From positions 13,870 to 77,869 of the forward strand of contig CAJKSP010000002.1 of assembly GCA_905202595.1 (NCBI GenBank): a stretch of DNA of 64,000 nucleotides, read 5' to 3'. The notes beneath the pieces are model-generated. The model was not told the DNA's origin and ran no database searches. It worked only from the letters and a program-made list of their open reading frames with translations. The DNA comes from an uncultured Sutterella sp. (GTDB lineage Bacteria; Pseudomonadota; Gammaproteobacteria; Burkholderiales; Burkholderiaceae_F). Positions 57,710 to 64,000 of this stretch are shown here, in pieces. Numbering within the stretch: the first letter of the stretch is position 1; each line of letters opens with the position of its first letter. A program made the translations under genes and the position numbers.

Positions 57710-57745
57710 AAAAAAAAGGCCGCCGTCTCGAAGGAGACAGGCGGC
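57710..57745 (-). terminator. intrinsic terminator downstream of the pbpC-operon small gene
   Basis: GCCGCC-GTCTC-gaag-GAGAC-a-GGCGGC hairpin, followed on the minus strand by TTTTTTTT. Confidence 0.7.
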
Positions 57746-57836
57746 AAACAAGGGGAGAACAAAGGAAAGAAAGCCGGTGCAGTGCAAGCAAGGCCAGCGG
57801 CAAAAGACTCAGAAAAGCCGCCAGGCCGCTCGCTCG

Positions 57837-58277
57837 CTACATCGGGGGAGCCGGCGGTTCGGTCGGGCTCGTTCCCATGATGATCGTCCAGGGCACCGGA
57901 CAGGTGGCGACGCCCGGGTAGTAGCCTTTCGCCGTGCTGCACCAGTACCAGGCGTGCTGTGCGGCTGGGGCTGGCGCGGCAGGCTGGGCCGGCACCGGAA
58001 CCGGATAGGGAACGGGCACTTCTACGCGTTCAGGGCGCGAATAAAGTTCGGCGCCGACGATCAGTCCGCCGAGCGCAAGCGGCGCCACCCAGCCCCAATT
58101 GCGGTGGTGATGCGGACGGTAGTAGCGCGGCGGAGGCGGTGGCGGCGGCCGGTGAAAGCCAGGGCCGCCCCAGCCGGGAGGCGGCGCAGGCGGCCGCGCA
58201 TAGGCTGCGGCCGACGAGAGCCCGATCAGAAGCGCCGAAGCCAGTGCGGCGGCGCGGGCAAAGCGGATGCTGAGCAT
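57837..58277 (-). CDS. small secreted proline-rich protein with C-terminal W/Y/C-rich motif
   Basis: 146 aa. Signal peptide MLSIRFARAAALASALLIGLSSAAAYA, then PPAPPPGWGGPGFHRPPPPPPPRYYRPHHHRNWGW..., then ..WYWCSTAKGYYPGVATCPVPW. No family assigned. Confidence 0.55.
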   Translation of the reverse strand: MLSIRFARAAALASALLIGLSSAAAYARPPAPPPGWGGPGFHRPPPPPPPRYYRPHHHRNWGWVAPLALGGLIVGAELYSRPERVEVPVPYPVPVPAQPAAPAPAAQHAWYWCSTAKGYYPGVATCPVPWTIIMGTSPTEPPAPPM

Positions 58278-58424
58278 ATCTGACTGACCTCCATGGATGC
58301 CTTTCTACATGAAGCCAAGGTAGCACGGGCATGCGTCAAAAGCCGTCACAAAGCGTGAATGCTGCGCAAATATCTGCGTCCGCATTGCAACGAAACATTG
58401 CTTGCGGCCGTCCGCTTGCAAGAG

Positions 58425-60932
58425 CTAGGGCGCCTTCACCGTCACGATGATGCGCGAAGCGCGGCCGCGGTCGTCCACGGCGGTGATCGCATGCCGGCCC
58501 GGCGGGAGCGCCGTCTGCGTCTTGGCGCCGCTTGCCGATGCGCCTAGAAAGCGGCTGCCTTCGAACCAATAGACGACTTCGGCATCCGGTTCGGTGCCGG
58601 CTTCCAGGATGACGACGGCGCGGTCGATGCCGGCAGTGCCCGTGAAGTAGTCGGCGCCGCTTCGAGGCGACACGATGGCCGGCGCTCGGCCGGGCGCCGC
58701 CTCAAATCCCCAGCGGCCTGCCGTGCAGCCGGGTTCATAGGGCGGCGGCGGGCGCTTCACAATGCCGGCGGCGAGAAAGACGGCCTGAAAGTGCGTGGGC
58801 CAGAATTCCCATGCTTTCTTTTCCGTGCGGCCGGGCTGCCAGCGGCAGGCGCGTAGCCCGGTTTCGCGGTCGATCCAGATTTCCCTGAAGACGCCCGAGT
58901 CGCGCACAGGCGACTTCCCCGGAATGAACCACGCCTGCGTCTTCTCTCGGCAGAGCGGCTGTCCGATATCGCCGGTCGCACGGCAGACGGATTCCCGCGA
59001 GACTCGAAGCCCTTCCGGAACGGCATCGGGCCGGGCGGGTGCCGGCCAGTCGAGCGAGGGATCGGCAGTCAGGCGCGCGGCGGCGGCGCGAAAGAGGGGC
59101 GCAGCAAGCCTTGCGCCCTGAAGAAATGCATTGGGGCGGCCGCTGAAGTCGCCGAGCCAGACGACGATGACGTAGGGGCCGACGGAGCCGGCGGTCCACG
59201 CATCGCGAAAGCCGTTGCTCGTGCCTGTCTTGTAGAGGAGCGGATAGCGCGCGCCGCCTGCCGAGAGGTATTCGCCGCGCGCTTCGAGCATCTTGCCGAC
59301 GATGAAGGCGGCCTCGGGAGAGAGCATCATCCGCGAGGGCGTCCGGACGGCCGTTTCGTCCCGGGTGACGGCGACAGGCCGCAGCAGTCCGCCGTTCAGC
59401 AGCATGGAATAGAGCGATGCGATCTCCTCCATCGACACTTCAGCGCCGCCGAGCACGATGGAGAGTCCATAGTGGCTTCTGGGGTAGGGAAGGCGGACGC
59501 CCGCCTTCTCCAGAAAGCTGTAGAGGTCCGGCTGGAGCTTCTTCGCGAGTTCGACCGCCGGAATGTTGCGGCTTGCAATGAGCGCTTCGGTGGCGCTCAC
59601 CGGGCCTCGGAAGCGGCCGTCGGCATTTTCGGGCGCATAGCCTCCGAAGCTCTTCGGGCTGTCGATGAGAACCGTCTTCGAGTGGATGAGCCCCTGATCG
59701 AGCGCGAGGCCGTAGATGAAGGTCTTGAGAAGCGAGCCGGGACTCCGCCGGGCGAGATATCCGTCCACTTCGCCCGCGATGGCGTCGCTGGCGAAGTCGG
59801 CGCTTCCGACGTGGGCGATGAGCGCATTGGTGCGGCTGTCGACGACGGCAAGCGCGGCATTCTTCACGCCCCACGGACGAAGTCGGGCGATAGTTTCGCG
59901 GACAAGCGCCTCAAGCCGGCGCTGAAGGGAATAGCGCAGGGTGCCTGCGGAAGCGGCGCCGGGGTGGCGGTGCTCGACGAGGCGCGTGTAATGCGGGGCG
60001 AGGAAAGGCAGATCGGCCGGATTGGCGACGTCAAGCGGACCGGAGAGCGAGGCGGCGAGGCGGGCGGGAAAGACGCCTTCAGCCACGGCTTCGCGGGCGA
60101 CGCGGATGCGTGCGCCGTCAAAGTCAGGTCCCGTCCACGGACGGCGCTTGACTGGGTTCTGCGGCACAACAGCGAGCGCGAGCGCCTCAGCGGGCGTGAG
60201 CTCGTCGGCGCGCTTGCCGAAATAGGCGAGCGCTGCGGCGCCGACGCCTTCGATATTGCCGCCGTAGGGGGCGAGATTGAGGTAGGCCTCGAGGAGCTCA
60301 TCCTTCGAGTAGTGCGCTTCGTAGCGCATCGCCTCCATGATCTGCTGCACCTTGCCCGAAAGCGTTCTCGAGTCGATGTGAAGCCGCATGCGCGCGATCT
60401 GCATCGTGAGCGTCGAGGCGCCGATCGGGCGCGATCCGGCGAGCGTGGCGGCGGCAGCGCGCGCGAGCGCCATCGGATCAAAGCCGATGTGGCTGCGGAA
60501 GCGGCGGTCCTCGTAGAAGATCGTCGCGGCGGCTGCGTCGGGCGAGATCGCGGCAAGCGGCGTGCGAAGCCGGTAGATGCCGTCGTCGGCTGCGGCCAGG
60601 TGCAGAAGGCGGCCTTCGGCCGAAAAGACGGCGGCAGAGAAGGGAATCCCGTCGAGAAGCGGCGGCGCGGGGAGGCGCTTGGCGGCTTCATGCCAGGCGA
60701 AAAGCGCGCCCGCTGCGAGCGCAAAGACGGCGGCGGCGGTTCCGGCAAGAAGCCGGACGGCGCGCCAGATGAGCGAGCGGCGCTTTTTCGGCTGCGGGGC
60801 CGCAGCGCCTGCCGCGCGCTGAGGTGCGGCGCCGCTTCGAGTCGTGTTGCTGCTGTCTTGGGTCATGGCGCACCTGTCAAAAGCCTCTAGCCGGCGGCTC
60901 GGCACGGATTCTGCCGAGCCGCCCGCCGTCAC
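58425..60932 (-). CDS. pbpC: penicillin-binding protein 1C (glycosyltransferase + transpeptidase + PbpC C-terminal domain)
   Basis: 835 aa. The GT51 motif region is ..EDRRFRSHIGFDP...TLTMQIARM.. The TP active site is ..SPGSLLKTF.. followed by a C-terminal beta domain. The start overlaps the upstream a2m-like gene stop by 4 nt. Confidence 0.9.
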   Translation of the reverse strand: MTAGGSAESVPSRRLEAFDRCAMTQDSSNTTRSGAAPQRAAGAAAPQPKKRRSLIWRAVRLLAGTAAAVFALAAGALFAWHEAAKRLPAPPLLDGIPFSAAVFSAEGRLLHLAAADDGIYRLRTPLAAISPDAAAATIFYEDRRFRSHIGFDPMALARAAAATLAGSRPIGASTLTMQIARMRLHIDSRTLSGKVQQIMEAMRYEAHYSKDELLEAYLNLAPYGGNIEGVGAAALAYFGKRADELTPAEALALAVVPQNPVKRRPWTGPDFDGARIRVAREAVAEGVFPARLAASLSGPLDVANPADLPFLAPHYTRLVEHRHPGAASAGTLRYSLQRRLEALVRETIARLRPWGVKNAALAVVDSRTNALIAHVGSADFASDAIAGEVDGYLARRSPGSLLKTFIYGLALDQGLIHSKTVLIDSPKSFGGYAPENADGRFRGPVSATEALIASRNIPAVELAKKLQPDLYSFLEKAGVRLPYPRSHYGLSIVLGGAEVSMEEIASLYSMLLNGGLLRPVAVTRDETAVRTPSRMMLSPEAAFIVGKMLEARGEYLSAGGARYPLLYKTGTSNGFRDAWTAGSVGPYVIVVWLGDFSGRPNAFLQGARLAAPLFRAAAARLTADPSLDWPAPARPDAVPEGLRVSRESVCRATGDIGQPLCREKTQAWFIPGKSPVRDSGVFREIWIDRETGLRACRWQPGRTEKKAWEFWPTHFQAVFLAAGIVKRPPPPYEPGCTAGRWGFEAAPGRAPAIVSPRSGADYFTGTAGIDRAVVILEAGTEPDAEVVYWFEGSRFLGASASGAKTQTALPPGRHAITAVDDRGRASRIIVTVKAP

Positions 60933-63900
60933 TGCCGAATCGTAATGCGGCCTGAAACGCCGCTCGCCTGGACGCCTGGCGCCGAGATGGAGGCGGCTTC
61001 AGCCGGCGGCGCGGCGAAGATGCCTGGCGTGACGGCGCGCACGCGGTAAGTGACGGTCGCTTCGCCGAGGGGCATTTCCGGCGCGATGAACTGCATGCGG
61101 TCTTCGCCGCGCATGAAGGCCTTGGCGCCGGAAGGCCCCGTGCCCGGCGGGTCGGCGAGCTCAAAGCCGCCAGGAAGCAGATCTGTCACCGAAAGGTCGT
61201 CGAGTCCGCCGCCCGATTCAGAGAGGAAGCTCCGCAGCCGGATCTTCACGGTGACGAGCTCGCCCGTTCGGAACGAGGTGGCCGCTCGGCCGTCTGCACC
61301 GATGTACTCGCGGGAGATGGAAATGCCCGAAGAGCGCGCAGCCGTCTGCGGCACGGCGCTCGCCCCCGTCTGCGAGGCCTGCCAGAACCAGTCGCGAAGG
61401 CTGCCCGAAGCGAGGCTCGCGCGGTAGGCGAGGCAGCCCGGCGCTGAAAGCTTCGCGGCGCCTGCCGCCTGCGTGAGCACGTCCTGATCCGTCGGAAAGC
61501 CTGGAGCGCGCCGCGTGCAGACGAGCTTGAGGCTGGCGGCGCCGGCGCTGTCCTCCATGGCGGCTTGGCCGGCCAGTACGGCGGCTCGTCCTGCCGCTGC
61601 GGCGTAGACGGGCGAAAGCGGCGCGCCGGCGGCTAGAGTCGATTCGAGGTCGTCAAGCATCAGGCGCTGCCAGAATCGCGCTTCGGCATGATCGGCCAGA
61701 CCGCTCGCCGGGAAGACGGCTGCGGCGAGCGCCGCGGCCGATTCGGGCGACCAGGGGTAGCCGGCGCGCGCCGTCGAGATGCGGCCCTTCAGCAGCGCAT
61801 CGGCTTCGTCCTTGAGGCGCAGGATCTGATAGGCGCCTGCGAGGAAGATGGCTGCCGGGTCCTTCTTCCATTCGGGGAAGCGCTCGTCCATATAGGCGCG
61901 CAGCGCTTCGATCCGCGAGGTGGCGACTTCGCCCGAACGCGTCAGCACCCAGAGCGCGTAGGCGGCTGTTCGCGCTTCGTCCATCGTCGCCGGCGTGCCC
62001 GGTGCGGCGCGGGCGATCGCCTGCGACAGGCGCTGCGCGAGCTCGACGGGAACGCCGCCGTACGTGCCGGCCGTGAGGAGGTAGTCCTCAGCAAAGGCCG
62101 TGAGGAAGAGATCGGCGTCGAGCGTCGGGAAGAGGCGCACGCCGTCCCAGCCAGTGGCGCGGGAGATGGCGGCAACGGCCGCGTTCTGGCGCTTCGCAGC
62201 TTCAGCGAGGACGCTTGACGCATCTTCGCCGAGCTGCACGGCCGCTTCCGGATGCTGCGCGAGGAGCGCATAGGGCATCGCGGCGGCAATGCGGTCGAGA
62301 ACGCTTGCCCAGGGGGCGTCGGCAAAGGGGCGCGCAAGCTCGGCGGCAAGGGGCAGCGGGAGCGCCGTCACGGTGAAGACGGTGCGCTCGCCCGTCGGGT
62401 AAAGGGGCGAGCCTGCCGCCACGTCATAGGCGGTCTGATCGGCTTTGAAGCGGCCGCCGAAGAGGCGCGTCTTCGGCAGCGATGCCGGACGCACGCTGAG
62501 GCTTTCTCGGCGTTCGGCGGCGAGCGGCTGAACCGGTGCTGCCGAGGCGTCTTCCTGCGGCGCCGGCTCGGCGCCTGCTGCCTGCGGCTTCTCCGTCTCC
62601 TCCAGCTTGGCTCGGAAGACGAATTCCGCCGTCATCGGCGCTGAAGGCGCCGTGAAGTCGGCCGCTGCCGAAGCGCCGCCTGCGTCGCCGAAGACGAGCG
62701 CAAGGGGCATGGCCGTGAGGGGCTGGAAGCCCAGCGGCGTCTCGATGTCGAGCGCGCCGCGGCCGCCCGGCCGGCTTTCGGCGGGCGAAACGGCAGCGGC
62801 TGCTCGGAAGACGTCGCCGGGCGCAACGGCGCGCGGCAGCATCGGCTCGATCGCGAGCGCAGGCCGCACGACGGCCGGCTCGTCGGCCGAACCGACGCGG
62901 GTGAGAGAAGCGCCTGCCGCCATGACGCGCACGCGGCCGGCAAAGCCCTCGGGGAGCGTCATCATGACCGTTTTCGGCGCAGGCCCCGCTTCCATGAGGC
63001 CGCCCCACCAGACGGCGGAAGCCTCGGCGCGGCGCGGGAAGGGATTCTGCATGGCGGATCGGCCTGCCGCGAGCTTGAGCGAGGCGTCGAAGTCGCCGCC
63101 GAAGGGCGAGAGCGCGCCGGCAATGGCCGCCGCATCAGGCATCAGCCGATCGAGCACCTGCCTCGTCTCAACCTGCAGCGCGCGGTCATCAAGGATCGCC
63201 TTGGCCGGGTCGGGCGTTCGATAGTCAGTGAGCGAGAGAATGCCGTCGTCGGCCGCCCAGAGGAAGACGCGCGAGGGTTCGGACGCGGTGATCGTGACGG
63301 GAACTGCACGTCCGTCCGGGCTTGTTTCCGGCACGTCGATCCGGATGCCGAGCTCATGCGGCTTGCGCGCAATCGAGACCGGAATCACCGTTTCGGCATA
63401 CCCCTCGAGGAAGCGGTTGGCGTCGCCTTGCCCGCGGATAAGCGAGAGGTGCAGGTAGGCGCGTCCGGATACGCCGTCCGGGATGACGATGGAGGCCTCG
63501 TTCTCGCCGGGCTTCACGGCAATCCAGACAGAGGCGTCCACGCCGCGGGACTCGAGCGTGAGCAGGCCGAATCCTTCAAAGGGGGAGAGGATCGAGACGC
63601 GCGCCGCTTCGCCGGCTTCATAGGCAGCCTTGTCGGCGCTCGCGCGCACTTCAGCGGCAGGCAGCGACGGCGAGAGCCCCTGCTTCAGCTCGTTGCCGCT
63701 CAGGTGGTAGGGCAGCTCGAGGAGCGTCTTGCCGGCGCTGTCTCGAATCGTCACGAGCCAGTCGCCCGGCAGCGCTGTTTCGAGCGGGAGCCTCACAAGG
63801 CCCGAAGCGTCCGTTTCAAGCGTCATCTCCTTCACGGGCTCTGCCACAGCGCTTTCGCGGTATTGCGGCTTGCCGGAAGCGTCGCTTGCGAGCTCCGTCA

Positions 63901-64000
63901 CGTAGCGCTGCTTCGAGAAGGACGCTTTGAGGGGCATCTGCGCCAGGGGCTCCAGCGCTTGGCTGAGCGCCACGGCCTCGATTTCTGCAGGTCGGCCGGC
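60929..64000 (-). CDS. alpha-2-macroglobulin-family protein (YfhM-like), N-terminal part beyond window end
   Basis: The frame is open from 60929 to the window edge (more than 1014 codons) with MG-like beta-sandwich repeats and a C-terminal receptor-binding-like domain. Position immediately upstream of pbpC matches the yfhM-pbpC pair. Confidence 0.8.
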   Translation of the reverse strand, partial: AGRPAEIEAVALSQALEPLAQMPLKASFSKQRYVTELASDASGKPQYRESAVAEPVKEMTLETDASGLVRLPLETALPGDWLVTIRDSAGKTLLELPYHLSGNELKQGLSPSLPAAEVRASADKAAYEAGEAARVSILSPFEGFGLLTLESRGVDASVWIAVKPGENEASIVIPDGVSGRAYLHLSLIRGQGDANRFLEGYAETVIPVSIARKPHELGIRIDVPETSPDGRAVPVTITASEPSRVFLWAADDGILSLTDYRTPDPAKAILDDRALQVETRQVLDRLMPDAAAIAGALSPFGGDFDASLKLAAGRSAMQNPFPRRAEASAVWWGGLMEAGPAPKTVMMTLPEGFAGRVRVMAAGASLTRVGSADEPAVVRPALAIEPMLPRAVAPGDVFRAAAAVSPAESRPGGRGALDIETPLGFQPLTAMPLALVFGDAGGASAAADFTAPSAPMTAEFVFRAKLEETEKPQAAGAEPAPQEDASAAPVQPLAAERRESLSVRPASLPKTRLFGGRFKADQTAYDVAAGSPLYPTGERTVFTVTALPLPLAAELARPFADAPWASVLDRIAAAMPYALLAQHPEAAVQLGEDASSVLAEAAKRQNAAVAAISRATGWDGVRLFPTLDADLFLTAFAEDYLLTAGTYGGVPVELAQRLSQAIARAAPGTPATMDEARTAAYALWVLTRSGEVATSRIEALRAYMDERFPEWKKDPAAIFLAGAYQILRLKDEADALLKGRISTARAGYPWSPESAAALAAAVFPASGLADHAEARFWQRLMLDDLESTLAAGAPLSPVYAAAAGRAAVLAGQAAMEDSAGAASLKLVCTRRAPGFPTDQDVLTQAAGAAKLSAPGCLAYRASLASGSLRDWFWQASQTGASAVPQTAARSSGISISREYIGADGRAATSFRTGELVTVKIRLRSFLSESGGGLDDLSVTDLLPGGFELADPPGTGPSGAKAFMRGEDRMQFIAPEMPLGEATVTYRVRAVTPGIFAAPPAEAASISAPGVQASGVSGRITIRQ

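Noticed and set aside
1-64000. Searched for tRNA-like T-arm motifs (GTTCRANYC), CRISPR-like direct repeats, and integrase or transposase ORFs
   Set aside because: None found by eye. The AT-rich island has no associated mobility gene or flanking direct repeats that I could see.

Overview
This is a high-GC (about 65-67% as read) proteobacterial chromosome segment, with synteny typical of Beta/Gammaproteobacteria, holding about 50 genes in dense housekeeping blocks: bamD-rluD-pgeF-rimO, fimV-truA-accD-folC-dedD(SPOR)-cvpA-purF, and yfhM(alpha-2-macroglobulin)-pbpC. It also carries TCA genes (mdh, gltA), phospholipid genes (psd, pssA), a glnHPQ-type ABC operon, an FNT channel, transporters and cell-wall enzymes. 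No tRNA, rRNA, CRISPR array, integrase or transposase was recognised.

Stand-out features:
- A roughly 2.7 kb AT-rich island (about 3600-6330) sits exactly between mdh and gltA. It encodes a single large autotransporter adhesin-like gene. Its signal-peptide region is out of frame with the ATG start across a G11 homopolymer tract, which makes it a candidate phase-variable, horizontally acquired surface protein.
- Four paralogous NSS (sodium:neurotransmitter symporter family) transporter genes lie in tandem on the minus strand. A small 3-TM protein, a hypothetical protein and a flavodoxin/4Fe-4S fusion gene follow them.
- An HTH-WYL-WCX regulator is wedged between psd and pssA.
- A bis-heme ferric-reductase/NOX-like flavocytochrome follows a long lower-GC leader.
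- A ridA plus threonine-synthase-like operon, a secreted K/P-rich tandem-repeat protein, and many well-formed intrinsic terminators are present.

Coordinate caution: CDS coordinates lean on the supplied ORF track. My hand-read positions for hairpins and tracts may be off by 1-2 nt.
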